The notes under the pieces were generated by a model, which worked only from the letters and a program-made list of their open reading frames with translations, did no database searches and was not told the DNA's origin. 64,000 nt of DNA from Treponemataceae bacterium (GTDB taxonomy: Bacteria > Spirochaetota > Spirochaetia > Treponematales > Rectinemataceae), in contig CAXXVZ010000004.1 of the NCBI GenBank assembly GCA_963678065.2, forward strand, positions 320,001 through 384,000, given 5' to 3'. The number at the start of each line of letters is the position of its first letter. The stretch's first letter is position 1. Below are positions 10,124-20,000 of this stretch, piece after piece. The translations under genes and the position numbers were made by a program.

Positions 10124-10148
10124 GCTCCGGGTCCCGAGAGGAGGAGAA

Positions 10149-11228
10149 ATGAAATCACCGGTATTGAGGACACTCGTGGTGGGCATCGGCGACATGGGCG
10201 GAGCCCACGCGCGCGGCTACGCGGCCCTTCCCGGATTCGAGATCGTCGGCTTCGTCGTCGCAAAAAACCTCACACGGGCGGAAAAGCTCGCCGCGGAACT
10301 GGGGATATCGGCCCCCGTCTACACCGACTTCTACGCGGCCATGCGCGAAACCAGGCCCGAGGTCGTATCGATCAACACCTACACCGACAGCCACGCCGAG
10401 TACTCCATCTTCGCGATGCGCCAGGGCTGCCACGTCTTCATGGAAAAACCGATAGCCCGCACCGTGGCCGAGGCGGAAGCTGTCGCGGCCACGGCGGCCG
10501 AGACGGGACGCAAGCTCGTCATCGGCTACATCCTGCGGCAGCATCCGGCCTGGATAAAATTCATCGAGCTGGCGCGCACGCTGGGCAAACCCCTCGTGAT
10601 GCGCATGAATCTCAACCAGCAGAGCTGGGGCCGGGAGTGGGCGCTCCACAAAACCTTCATTTCCAACATGCCGCCTTTGGTGGACTGCGGCGTCCACTAT
10701 GTGGATGTCATGTGCCAGATGACGAGGTCGAAACCGCGCATCGTCCAGGGCATGGCCGCGCGGGTATCGGAGGAGATCGCCCCGGACAAGCACAACTACG
10801 GGCATCTCCAGGTCGTCTTCGAGGACGGCTCGGTCGGCTGGTACGAAGTGGGTTGGGGTCCGATGATGTCCCGCACGGCCTATTTCGTGAAGGACGTCGT
10901 GGGGCCCCGTGGCTGTGTCAGCATCGACAAGGACACGGCCCACACAAATCCCTCCGACGTGTCGAAACACACGGCGGTGGACTCCATAATCCTCCACTCG
11001 AGCGAGGCCGACGCCGCGGGCCTGCAGGCCCTCCCCGATCAGGTCATCAAGGTCGAGGACGAGCCGGACCACAACGAGCTGTGCAAGCGCGAGCAGGCCT
11101 ACCTCTACAAGGCCATCACCGAGGACATCGACCTCACCGATCATGTGGCCGACGCGGTCAACAGTCTCAAGATCTGCTTCGCGGCCGTCGAGTCCTACTC
11201 GACCGGCCGGGCGATCCATCTGGACTGA
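10149..11228 (+). CDS. Gfo/Idh/MocA family NAD(P)-dependent oxidoreductase
   Basis: VVGIGDMGGAH, HVFMEKP, DCGVHYVD. Confidence 0.88.
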   Translation: MKSPVLRTLVVGIGDMGGAHARGYAALPGFEIVGFVVAKNLTRAEKLAAELGISAPVYTDFYAAMRETRPEVVSINTYTDSHAEYSIFAMRQGCHVFMEKPIARTVAEAEAVAATAAETGRKLVIGYILRQHPAWIKFIELARTLGKPLVMRMNLNQQSWGREWALHKTFISNMPPLVDCGVHYVDVMCQMTRSKPRIVQGMAARVSEEIAPDKHNYGHLQVVFEDGSVGWYEVGWGPMMSRTAYFVKDVVGPRGCVSIDKDTAHTNPSDVSKHTAVDSIILHSSEADAAGLQALPDQVIKVEDEPDHNELCKREQAYLYKAITEDIDLTDHVADAVNSLKICFAAVESYSTGRAIHLD

Positions 11229-11257
11229 CCGGAACACAGCGACGACGAGGGAACGGA

Positions 11258-12418
11258 ATGAACCAGGTCCAGCGTTTTTTCGCGGTGATGCGTGGGGAAC
11301 AGCCTGCCCAGACTCCATTTTTCCCTGACCTGAGCACCTGGTATCAGGCCGCACGGCTCGGTCTGGGCGCGGAACAACCCTACTTCCCCGGACAGTTCAT
11401 CCCGGACGGATCCCCGATCCACGCGGGGCCGGGGCGGCTTCCCGGCCGCCTCGACTCGCTCGGTTACGCGGGCCTCTACCGCGAGTTCGGCTGGGGACTG
11501 CCCGCCCACATCTACGACTGGTTCGACGAAAGGCTTGGGGGAGGCATCGAGAAGACGGTCAGCACAGAAGGGCGTCACCGGACAGTCGTCTGGAAGACTC
11601 GGCGCGGCGAGCTGCGCCGAACCTACAAGCTCGACGCCGAGGGGACCTGGAGCGAGTACGGCCACATGGCGACGAGGCCCGAAGATCTGGATATCCTCAG
11701 GCTTCTCGTGGAGCACACGCAGTTCGTACCGCGCCCCGAACGCGTCGAGCGCTTCCTCTCCGAGACGGAGGGCTTCGGAATCTGCGATCTCGTCGTCTTC
11801 CGCTCGCCCTTCGGCAAACTCGTCCACGAGTACATGGGCTTCGAGAACGTGGTGTACGCGCTCGCGGACGGCGACAAGTCGATAATGGATTTCATGGAAT
11901 TCCAGGAATACTACGATCTCCGGTTCATCGAGTTGGCCGCCTCGATGCCGGGACAGGTCGTCATCATCTCGGACCACGCCGACGAAAATCTCATTTCGCC
12001 TCCCTGGTATCAGAGCTACTGCATGCCGTTCTACCGAAAAGCCTGCGACATCCTCCACCGGGCGGGCAAGCTCGTCTCCACCCACCTCGACGGCAATATC
12101 AAAGGCTACCTCGGTTTTATCGCCGGGACCGGCTTCGACATCCTGGACGGCTGCACGCCTGCTCCCATGTTCAACTACGAAGTCGAGGAGCTCGCGGCCG
12201 CGGCGTCGGACGCGCTGCGCTGCTGGTGCGGCGTGCCTGCGGGCCTCTTCACGATCGGCCACCCGCACGAGGCCATCGCCGACTTCGGCGAGCGGATAGC
12301 GCGGGCCTTCGGGGGCAGGGTGATCGTCAACGTGGGCGACATTCTGCCGCCTCTGGGAGATTTCGGGGCTGTAGTCGCTCTCGGCGAACGGATCGCGTCT
12401 CTCCACGTGCCGTCTTGA
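11258..12418 (+). CDS. Second URO-D-fold protein, function unknown
   Basis: MGFENVVYAL, DENLISPPWY..YCMPFY, STHLDG, IVNVGDILPP; ATG 11258 just after the upstream stop. Confidence 0.7.
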   Translation: MNQVQRFFAVMRGEQPAQTPFFPDLSTWYQAARLGLGAEQPYFPGQFIPDGSPIHAGPGRLPGRLDSLGYAGLYREFGWGLPAHIYDWFDERLGGGIEKTVSTEGRHRTVVWKTRRGELRRTYKLDAEGTWSEYGHMATRPEDLDILRLLVEHTQFVPRPERVERFLSETEGFGICDLVVFRSPFGKLVHEYMGFENVVYALADGDKSIMDFMEFQEYYDLRFIELAASMPGQVVIISDHADENLISPPWYQSYCMPFYRKACDILHRAGKLVSTHLDGNIKGYLGFIAGTGFDILDGCTPAPMFNYEVEELAAAASDALRCWCGVPAGLFTIGHPHEAIADFGERIARAFGGRVIVNVGDILPPLGDFGAVVALGERIASLHVPS

Positions 12419-12469
12419 GTCCACCCATCCGGGTTCATGTCCGGCTCCCCCGGAAGGAGGCCGGAGGGT

Positions 12470-13918
12470 TCAGCGGCGGCGGGGCCTCGGTTCCTGCAGG
12501 TAGGGTCTGTACGGCACCCGGTCGATCACGCTCGCGCCGGTCCAGGCGGCGAATTCGTTGAGTTCGTCCGTGAGGTCGCCGAATGCCCCTGAGTAGTGGT
12601 GGTTGACTCTTCCGACGATGAGGGTGTTCATGAGCTCGTCGATGCCGACAGCCTCTCCGTTGAGCTTCAGCCCGTTCACCCATCCGCCCGATCCCGAATA
12701 ACCCTTCTTGTCGGCCATGACAGCGCCGGTCAGGACGAGGAGTCCGTCGAAGTCGTTGTCGATCGATGCGATGGTGACGGGGCCTGACCTGAACCTGATG
12801 TCGGCGACGAGTCCGTCCCCGCACCATGTGCAGCCCTCGTGGTGGCCGATATTGAAGTGATTGTCCCACTCAAGGCCGCGCGGGTCCGCCCAGGAGGCCG
12901 GCGCGACGCCGCAGTGCCAGAGGCAGAGCGACTGGTCTTTTTCGTCAAAAGCCACGAGGTCGTTGAGCGATGCCTTTCCGCGGCCCAGCGCGTTGAGGAC
13001 GAGCATCATGACGGCGCTCGTGACATCGGCCTCGCAGGGGACGACGAGGCCGCCATTGTTGAGCCGGCTCATCGCGCCGCAGACCGCGACGCCGTAGACT
13101 TCCTGGAAACGCGACCAGCAGGAGAGAGCGAGGGCGTCGTAGTCGTTCTCGCGCGCGAAATTCCGTAAGGCACAGTAAATCCTGGCCGATTTTTCGATGT
13201 GCGGCTGCGAAAGGCGGCCGGGGACGAAGGTCCCTTCCGAAGCCATCAGGTCTATCTCGGTTTTGACCTCGGCGATGGGCAGTGCCTCGGCGCGGGCGAC
13301 GATCTCTTCCACGCTGTGGCGGGTCTGCAGCCGCGTTCCGAATTTACGCTCGAGGACGCGCTCGTCGATGTAGAGATTTTCGAAACCGTTCGCGAGGCCG
13401 CCGATCTGGCCGATCCGCGCGGTCCTGAGGGTTTTTACAGCGCGGAGAGCCGCGATCGTGACCGCGAATCGTTCCAGAAAGCGGGGATCGCCGGGCATGC
13501 CGTAGAACCATTTGAAACGAATGTCGTACTCGCGAAGATAGTTCGAAATGATCGACCCGAGCATGTTCGTGCCGCAGAACGAGTTCAGCTGAAGGACGCC
13601 TTCGGTCGCCGGCTCGGGAACGGACCAGAGTCCGATGGCTCCCTTTACCCTCGCCAGCGGCAGGATGATGCGGCCGAAAGGCAGACTCGCGTTGAACAGG
13701 AGGACGAAATCGGCGCCCTGGCCGTCCATGAAGGCCCGCGCCCGCTCCCCGTCGGCCTCGCTCCGGACCGGCTCGACGAATACCGAGAGATCGAAATCCA
13801 TTTCGACAGAGAGACGCCCGATCTCGCCGGCGATCCGCGCATAGAGGCCCACATCGTCGCCCGGCATGTTGGGATGGACGGCTCCGGCCAGTCCTACGCG
13901 AATGCGGTCGTTTTTCAT
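12470..13918 (-). CDS. L-fucose/L-arabinose isomerase (FucI/AraA)-like protein
   Basis: LNSFCG, ALSCW, PCEADV, LWHCG, HHYS; ATG 13918 with CAGGAG RBS. Confidence 0.8.
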   Translation of the reverse strand: MKNDRIRVGLAGAVHPNMPGDDVGLYARIAGEIGRLSVEMDFDLSVFVEPVRSEADGERARAFMDGQGADFVLLFNASLPFGRIILPLARVKGAIGLWSVPEPATEGVLQLNSFCGTNMLGSIISNYLREYDIRFKWFYGMPGDPRFLERFAVTIAALRAVKTLRTARIGQIGGLANGFENLYIDERVLERKFGTRLQTRHSVEEIVARAEALPIAEVKTEIDLMASEGTFVPGRLSQPHIEKSARIYCALRNFARENDYDALALSCWSRFQEVYGVAVCGAMSRLNNGGLVVPCEADVTSAVMMLVLNALGRGKASLNDLVAFDEKDQSLCLWHCGVAPASWADPRGLEWDNHFNIGHHEGCTWCGDGLVADIRFRSGPVTIASIDNDFDGLLVLTGAVMADKKGYSGSGGWVNGLKLNGEAVGIDELMNTLIVGRVNHHYSGAFGDLTDELNEFAAWTGASVIDRVPYRPYLQEPRPRRR

Positions 13919-13998
13919 CCTGTTCTCCTGCACAATCAATCTTGTGTCGAAACGGTCGTTCTACGCTTTTTCTTCAAAACCTTGTCAAAAATAACGTG

Positions 13999-15519
13999 TC
14001 AAACCTGGCGCCCCATTCTCGGGAAAAGCGGTTCGAGGGCGCGGTAGCAGTCGTCGAAGAGGACCTTCGCCCTCCGGTATTCCGGAAACAGCGCGGGGTC
14101 GGGAGAACATCGCTCGGTGATGGCGATGAATTTTTCCGCCGCGGAGAAATCGGGAAAAAGTCCGCAGCCTACGCCCGCGATGAGGGCGGCACCCATGCTC
14201 GTCGCTTCCTCCAGATAATTCGGCCGCAAGATTTCAGCCTCGTAGATATCGGCCATTATTTTCCGCCACACGGCGCCTTTCGCTCCTCCGCCGATCACCG
14301 TGATGGCGGGGATTTCCACGCGGGAGCGGAATATGTCGAGGATTACGGAGAGGTTCATCGTGATGCCTTCCATGACGGCCCGCAGGAGGTCGTCCCGGCT
14401 GTGTCCGAGCGTGAGGCCGAGGAAGGCTCCTTTCGCGGCGGGATTCCAGCGCGGCGTCCTCTCGCCGAGGAGGTAGGGCAGGAAAATGAGACCGTTGGCT
14501 CCGGGCGGCGAGCGCAGTATCTGCGCGTTCATCAGTTCGTACGCGTCGAGGCCGAGTTCTGCGGCTGCGGCCTTCTCGAGACCGCAGAGGGTGTTCCGCG
14601 TCCAGGCGTAGGAGGCTCCGGCAGTCTGCATGCTGCCGCAGGGGTGATAGGTCCCGGGAACGGCGTGTGCCCAGACGAAGGTCCGCATGCCCTCGTCGAA
14701 GATAGGTTCGAGGGAAGTCGTCGCGATCCAGGACGAGGAGCCGAGGTAGTTGTAGGTGACGCCGGGCTTCACCGAGCCGACGCCGACGCCTGCGCAGACC
14801 CCGTCTCCGCCTCCCGCCACGACGGGGATGCCGGGGGCGAGGCCGAGTTCCCGGGCCGCGGCCTGAGTGAGTTCGCCCACGACAGCGGTGGAAGCGACGA
14901 GTTCGGGGAGTTTGTCGCCGTCGAGCCCCGTTATCGCGATGAGGCGCTCCGACCAGGCGAGTTTTTTCAGGTCGAGGAGATTGGTGCCCGAGGCGTCCGA
15001 GTATTCGGATCTCATGACGCCCGTAAGCCTGAAGTTGATGAAATCCTTGGCGTGGAGCATCTTCGCCGTTTTCGCGTAATTCTCGGGTTCGTGTTTTTTC
15101 ACCCACATCAGCTTGGCCGCGGAGTAGGAAGCGGATGCGCGGTGACCGGTTATGCGATAGAACTCGAGCGCGTCGATCTTTCCGAGGATCTCGGCCTCCT
15201 CGGCCGTCCCGCGCTGATCGCAGTACAGGAGGGCGGGACGAAGAGGTCTCCCGCTTGCGTCGACGCAGACGCAGCCCATCATCTGGCCAGAAAAACCTAT
15301 GGCCGCTATCTCGGCGGGATCGATTCCGGCGACTATCCGGCACGAGGATTCCTTTACGGCCTTCCACCAGTCCTCGGGGTCCTGCTCGGCCCAGTTGTTG
15401 TTGAAATAGTTGGTCGCGTACGATGTGGTGACACTTTTGACGAGCGTTCCCTCGGCGGTGAAGAGGGTCGCCTTGTCCCCCGATGTGCCGAGGTCGTGGG
15501 CCAGTATGTAGCGTTTCAT
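13999..15519 (-). CDS. FGGY family carbohydrate kinase, xylulokinase-like
   Basis: AHDLGTSGDKA, AEQDPEDWW, SGQMMG, SDASGT, GGGD, PYLLGERTP, GGGAK. Confidence 0.9.
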   Translation of the reverse strand: MKRYILAHDLGTSGDKATLFTAEGTLVKSVTTSYATNYFNNNWAEQDPEDWWKAVKESSCRIVAGIDPAEIAAIGFSGQMMGCVCVDASGRPLRPALLYCDQRGTAEEAEILGKIDALEFYRITGHRASASYSAAKLMWVKKHEPENYAKTAKMLHAKDFINFRLTGVMRSEYSDASGTNLLDLKKLAWSERLIAITGLDGDKLPELVASTAVVGELTQAAARELGLAPGIPVVAGGGDGVCAGVGVGSVKPGVTYNYLGSSSWIATTSLEPIFDEGMRTFVWAHAVPGTYHPCGSMQTAGASYAWTRNTLCGLEKAAAAELGLDAYELMNAQILRSPPGANGLIFLPYLLGERTPRWNPAAKGAFLGLTLGHSRDDLLRAVMEGITMNLSVILDIFRSRVEIPAITVIGGGAKGAVWRKIMADIYEAEILRPNYLEEATSMGAALIAGVGCGLFPDFSAAEKFIAITERCSPDPALFPEYRRAKVLFDDCYRALEPLFPRMGRQV

Positions 15520-15549
15520 GCACCCTCCTTCATTTCACAAACTCGCGCT

Positions 15550-16602
15550 TCAGAATCGCAGCATGGTCTTGATCGAAGTCGGCAACTCGGTCGCGGCGAG
15601 CGCCGAATTGATGTCGCTCAACGCGTACTCGCCCGTGAGGAAATCCTCATGGCTCAGCTTGCCAGCTTTTATCCACTCGACGAGGGGCTCCTGAGCGGCT
15701 GCCTCCGCGTCGCGCGTGGGCCACTGGTGCATGTAGAGATTGAAGTTGTAGGGTGCGGTGCCCTTCCCGAGCGTGAGACTGTCGCCTGCGAGAACGCCGT
15801 AGACGCAGATCGAACCTGCGAGCCGTATGAGGGGAAGGCCTGAATTTATTATGCGCTCCGAGCCCACGGCATCGATGACTGCGTCGAGCGCTTTGCCCCT
15901 CGTCGCAGCGAGCTCGCCGATCTCGGGATCGCCCGGCGCGAAAACGGCGTCGGCCCCGAGTTTCAGGGCTTTTTCGCGCTTGAACGCGAGGGTGTCGACG
16001 ACGCCGACCCAGCCCAACCCGAGCAACTTCGCGAAGCGGCAGAACGAGAGTCCGACAGGCCCCGCGCCGAATATGAGGATGTCGTCGCCCGGCTTCAGGT
16101 GGAAGTCGGCGAAGCCGGCGTAGACTTCCCTCCAGGTGGCGAGAAGCCCCGCCGCCTCGACGGATATATTCTTCGGAACTTTTTTCATGATCTTGAAGAC
16201 TTCGGCCCAGCCATGCGCCTCGTCCGCGACTCCATCGGCCACCATGGCCTCGTGGTCGCAGGCGAGCACATACTCCGCATCGCCGCCCCAGCCTGATTTG
16301 TAGCCCTCCGGCGAGAGGTTGAGGCCGCCGAGCACGCGGTCGCCCAACCTGAAGCCGCGCACCTTCGATCCCGCCGCGACGACGATCCCCACCGTCTCAT
16401 GGCCGAGAATGAGGGGATAGGCATCGGCGCCCATTCCGGGGAAATGGCCCTGCACCACCTTGCGGTCCGTGGCGTTGCAGATGAAGGCTATTTCACTTCT
16501 GACGAGGACCTCGTAGGGTCTTGGCACGGGTCTGGCGATTTCGACGATGCCGACTTTGCCGGGCTCATGGACTGCGACCGCTTTCATTTTCACACTCTCC
16601 AT
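15550..16602 (-). CDS. Zn-dependent medium-chain alcohol/polyol dehydrogenase lacking the structural-Zn lobe
   Basis: ICNATD, LGHE, GAGPVG; no CxxCxxC cluster. Confidence 0.82.
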   Translation of the reverse strand: MESVKMKAVAVHEPGKVGIVEIARPVPRPYEVLVRSEIAFICNATDRKVVQGHFPGMGADAYPLILGHETVGIVVAAGSKVRGFRLGDRVLGGLNLSPEGYKSGWGGDAEYVLACDHEAMVADGVADEAHGWAEVFKIMKKVPKNISVEAAGLLATWREVYAGFADFHLKPGDDILIFGAGPVGLSFCRFAKLLGLGWVGVVDTLAFKREKALKLGADAVFAPGDPEIGELAATRGKALDAVIDAVGSERIINSGLPLIRLAGSICVYGVLAGDSLTLGKGTAPYNFNLYMHQWPTRDAEAAAQEPLVEWIKAGKLSHEDFLTGEYALSDINSALAATELPTSIKTMLRF

Positions 16603-16627
16603 TTCACACCCTCTGTGGCCTTAGTCA

Positions 16628-17422
16628 TCATTCGACCGTGCCCAGCCAGCCGCCGTCGACGTAGTAGGTCGAGCCGACGCAGTAGCTCGCGCGCGGCGAA
16701 CACATGAACACATAGAACTCGGCCAGCTCCTCGGGGCTCGCGAAGCGGCCAATCGGGGCGTTGTCCTTCGCGATTTTGTCGAGATACTGGTCCACGGTCG
16801 TATCCGTGCCCGCGGTGAGTATGCCGGCCGTCTTCTTCCAGTCGGGCGTGAGGACGAGGCCGGGATTTATCGTGTTGACCCTGATGTTGTCGCCGATGAG
16901 TTCGTTGGCGAGGCATTTGCCGAACATGACGAGGGCTGCCTTGGTCGTGTTGTAGATGGGCTCGTAGCCGAGGGGCTGCTTCGCGCAGATCGAAGCGGTG
17001 TTGAGCACGACGCCGCCACCCCGCTTCCGCATCTGGGGAACCGCGGCCCGAGAGAAGCGCAGGGCCGCCATCACGTGGAGATCCCAATAATACTGCCATT
17101 TCTCGTCGGGCGCCTCCATGATCGTCTCGGACGATCCTGTCCCCGCATTGTTGATGAGGATGTCGAGGCCGCCCAATGCCGCCACCGTGGCGTCCACGCA
17201 TTTTTCGGCCGCGCCGGCCTTCGAGACATCGTCGCCGATACCGAGCGCCCTGACGCCGAAATCGGCCGCGATCGCCGCCGCTTCGCGCTGTGCGCGCGCG
17301 CCGTCGCGTGCGCAGATCGCGACATGTACGCCTTCTTGCGCGAGGGCGCGGGCCACGGCGAGACCGATGCCGACCGAACCGCCCGTTATGAGGGCAACCT
17401 TGCCCTTCAGTTCCATTTCCAT
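16628..17422 (-). CDS. Short-chain dehydrogenase/reductase
   Basis: TGGSVGIG, NNAG, YNTTK, VNTINPG, VDGG. Confidence 0.92.
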   Translation of the reverse strand: MEMELKGKVALITGGSVGIGLAVARALAQEGVHVAICARDGARAQREAAAIAADFGVRALGIGDDVSKAGAAEKCVDATVAALGGLDILINNAGTGSSETIMEAPDEKWQYYWDLHVMAALRFSRAAVPQMRKRGGGVVLNTASICAKQPLGYEPIYNTTKAALVMFGKCLANELIGDNIRVNTINPGLVLTPDWKKTAGILTAGTDTTVDQYLDKIAKDNAPIGRFASPEELAEFYVFMCSPRASYCVGSTYYVDGGWLGTVE

Positions 17423-17474
17423 GCTGAATCCTCCGATGATGGCGGCCGGGGGATACCTGGCCGGCCGCGGCAGC

Positions 17475-18497
17475 TTAGTCGAGCGCGATCATGACCTTCA
17501 TGACCCGGTCGCCCGCTCTTTCTATGAAATGATAGGCCGCAAGATAATCCTCGAAGCGGAAACTGTTCGTGACAAGCTTGTCCAGGAACATCCGGCCCGA
17601 TGCGGCAAGACCGACCGCGGTCTCGTAATCTTCCTTCCGGTACATGAGGGTGCCCACGAGAGAAATTTCCCTGTCCTGGACGAGGCCGAGATCGACGACC
17701 GGCTTCTTGCCGAAAACGCCGACGACGACGATAGTGCCGCCCTTGCGAGAAGCCTCGACGGCCTGGCTCATCGTGGCTTCGGCCCCGACGCACTCCAGGA
17801 TGAGGTCGGCCTTGTCGGGCCCGAAATGCCTCGCGATCGCGGAGGCGAGGCTCTCCTCGCCTGAGTTCACGACGTGGTCGACGCCGCATTCCTTGGCCAG
17901 GTCGAGCCGGAACGCGCTCTTGTCCATCACGAGGGTCTCGGTTGCGCCCTGGGCCCTGGCCGCCTGCGCGACGAGGTTGCCGATGGGACCCGCTCCGACG
18001 ATGGCGACCTTGCGCCCCGCGGCTCCCCCACCCCGCTTGAGCGCGTGGGCCGCCACCGCCAGCGGCTCGATCATGGCGCCGGCCTCCGGAGAGAGGGAGG
18101 GTGGAAGCATGATCAGCTTCTCCGCGTCGACGGCAAAAAAATCCTGTGCGGCTCCGGGCGCCTGGAAACCCATAACCTTGAGGGAATCGCAGATGTGGTA
18201 CATGCCGTTGCGGCAGGGGAAACATTTCCCGCAGACGATCTGAGGCATGAAGGTCGCGGCTGCCCCGATCGGGATGCCGCTCACGCCCGGGCCGAGAGCC
18301 TGGACGATTCCGGACACTTCGTGGCCCTGGACGACAGGATAGGATGTGTAGGGATGAAGGCCGTGGTAGACATGGATGTCGGAACCGCATACGCCTATCC
18401 GCCTGACCCGCAGAAGCACTTCACCCGCGCCGGGGACGGGCGCGGGAACTTCGCGCAGCTCAATCGCGCCGGGATTTGTCATCGTCGCCTGTCTCAT
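17475..18497 (-). CDS. Zn-dependent alcohol dehydrogenase (sorbitol/threonine DH-like)
   Basis: GVCGSDIH, GHE, CGKCFPC...C, EPLA, GAGPIG. Confidence 0.9.
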   Translation of the reverse strand: MRQATMTNPGAIELREVPAPVPGAGEVLLRVRRIGVCGSDIHVYHGLHPYTSYPVVQGHEVSGIVQALGPGVSGIPIGAAATFMPQIVCGKCFPCRNGMYHICDSLKVMGFQAPGAAQDFFAVDAEKLIMLPPSLSPEAGAMIEPLAVAAHALKRGGGAAGRKVAIVGAGPIGNLVAQAARAQGATETLVMDKSAFRLDLAKECGVDHVVNSGEESLASAIARHFGPDKADLILECVGAEATMSQAVEASRKGGTIVVVGVFGKKPVVDLGLVQDREISLVGTLMYRKEDYETAVGLAASGRMFLDKLVTNSFRFEDYLAAYHFIERAGDRVMKVMIALD

Positions 18498-19012
18498 CGC
18501 GCGCCTCCCTTCAATTCGATGGCCCCGGACACGATATCGGCGTTTTCAGCCAGGTCGCAGAAATCGAGATCGTCGTCTCCGGTTCCGGCCCTGAAAATGA
18601 CGAGGAAGCGGGTCGCCGACTCCCTTGAGGGAAACGGAATCCAGTGCCAGGCACCCCTGTCCAGAATGACGCCCTGTCCCTCGCGGACGAGAATCGCCCT
18701 CATACCCGCAAGCTTTCCGTCGCGGACTTCCTGCGCCGGAGCCATGCAGATGATCGAATCGCCCTTCACCGCCGAAAGGATTTCGGGGGTCTTCAGGTGT
18801 CGCTCCAGCCTCTTCAGGGTCATCGGCCGCGCGCCGCATTCAAGACGCCCCGCGCACAAGGAGGCTGGCATCCCCAGTTCGGGAGAGACTATCCCGAAAG
18901 AGAACTCGTCCCCGGCCTGGAGGCCCTTTCCCGCCGACGGCGTCAGAAGACGGCCCACACCCTCGATCGCGGCCTCGCTCAGTTCAGTCGCTTCAAGTTT
19001 CATCCTGTCCAT
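18494..19012 (-). CDS. Ureidoglycolate lyase (AllA)-like cupin
   Basis: LERHLKTPE and GQGVIL.RGAWHW.PFP match the AllA ERH...Q/E and G.WH patterns; ATGA overlap with the downstream ADH. Confidence 0.65.
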   Translation of the reverse strand: MDRMKLEATELSEAAIEGVGRLLTPSAGKGLQAGDEFSFGIVSPELGMPASLCAGRLECGARPMTLKRLERHLKTPEILSAVKGDSIICMAPAQEVRDGKLAGMRAILVREGQGVILDRGAWHWIPFPSRESATRFLVIFRAGTGDDDLDFCDLAENADIVSGAIELKGGAR

Positions 19013-19042
19013 CCTGCCTTTGCCGGTCTGTCTGTGCGCCGG

Positions 19043-19984
19043 CTATTTGATGATGGCGAGTTTCTTGCGGTCGAAAGTCACCGCGACCGCGATGATGATG
19101 AGGACTCCGAGAAAAACCTGCTGGGCATACACGTCGATTCCGATCACCGTCATTCCGTTGTTGAGGATGCCCATGATGAGGCTGCCGATGAGGGTGTTCA
19201 GAACTCCGCCGGCCCCGCCCGTCATCGCGGTTCCTCCCACGACGACGACGGCGATCGAGTTGAGCACGTACACGCCGCCGATCGTCGGATAGCCCGAAAA
19301 CAGGGTGGAGGAGAGTATCACCCCCGCGATCGCGGCGCCGAAACCTGAGAATGCGAAGGCGAAGATCCTCGTCCTGTCGATAGGCAGGCCGGAAAGAAAG
19401 GACATTCTCTCGTTGGCGCCTATATACATGATATTGCGGCCGAGGGTCGTGTACCGCTGCACAACGTAATATCCGCCGAAAATCGCCAGACCGACGATCC
19501 ACACATTTTTTACGGGACCGATCTGTCCGTTGACGATGTCGAGAATCGCATAACCATTGTCGGGGACGGAGAGCGGAGCCGCCGACAAAAGGTAGGCGAC
19601 GCTGAGGAGTATGCCCTGGGTGCCGAGGGTCGCGATGAAAGACGGGATGCGCAGTTTGGACACGATGATTCCGTTCACGATTCCCGCGGCTATTCCGATG
19701 AGGAGGACAAGCGGCATGGCCCAGATTCCCAGATCCTTCAGGGTGAGCATGAGAACGACGGAGACGAGGGACATGATGCTGCCGACGGAGAGGTCGATCC
19801 CGCCGGTCAGAATGACGCAGGCCTGACCGAGCCCGACGGCGAGCAGGATAGCCGAGGCGTTCAGGATGGTCTGCATGTTGTACGCGGAGAGGAAGCTCTT
19901 GTCTCCCAGGGTGAAAAAAGTCACCAGGCCGATGAAAAGCAGTCCGGAAATGTACAATGGTTTGATAGTGCGCGTTTTTTTCAC
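19043..19984 (-). CDS. Sugar ABC transporter permease
   Basis: GGIDLSVG, PSFIATLG, VVVGGTAMTGGAG. Confidence 0.92.
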   Translation of the reverse strand: MKKTRTIKPLYISGLLFIGLVTFFTLGDKSFLSAYNMQTILNASAILLAVGLGQACVILTGGIDLSVGSIMSLVSVVLMLTLKDLGIWAMPLVLLIGIAAGIVNGIIVSKLRIPSFIATLGTQGILLSVAYLLSAAPLSVPDNGYAILDIVNGQIGPVKNVWIVGLAIFGGYYVVQRYTTLGRNIMYIGANERMSFLSGLPIDRTRIFAFAFSGFGAAIAGVILSSTLFSGYPTIGGVYVLNSIAVVVVGGTAMTGGAGGVLNTLIGSLIMGILNNGMTVIGIDVYAQQVFLGVLIIIAVAVTFDRKKLAIIK

Positions 19985-20000
19985 GGTGGCCCTTCCTTGC

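Noticed and set aside
8000..10195. 731-aa minus-strand ORF, and similar long ORFs such as 13942-15843, 32535-35465 and 58934-60979
   Set aside because: Antisense shadows of well-supported genes, expected in high-GC DNA; they carry no recognisable motifs.
13958..13988. Internal promoter for the FucI-like gene (TTGACA...TAGAAC)
   Set aside because: The 19-bp spacer is atypical; possible but not supportable.
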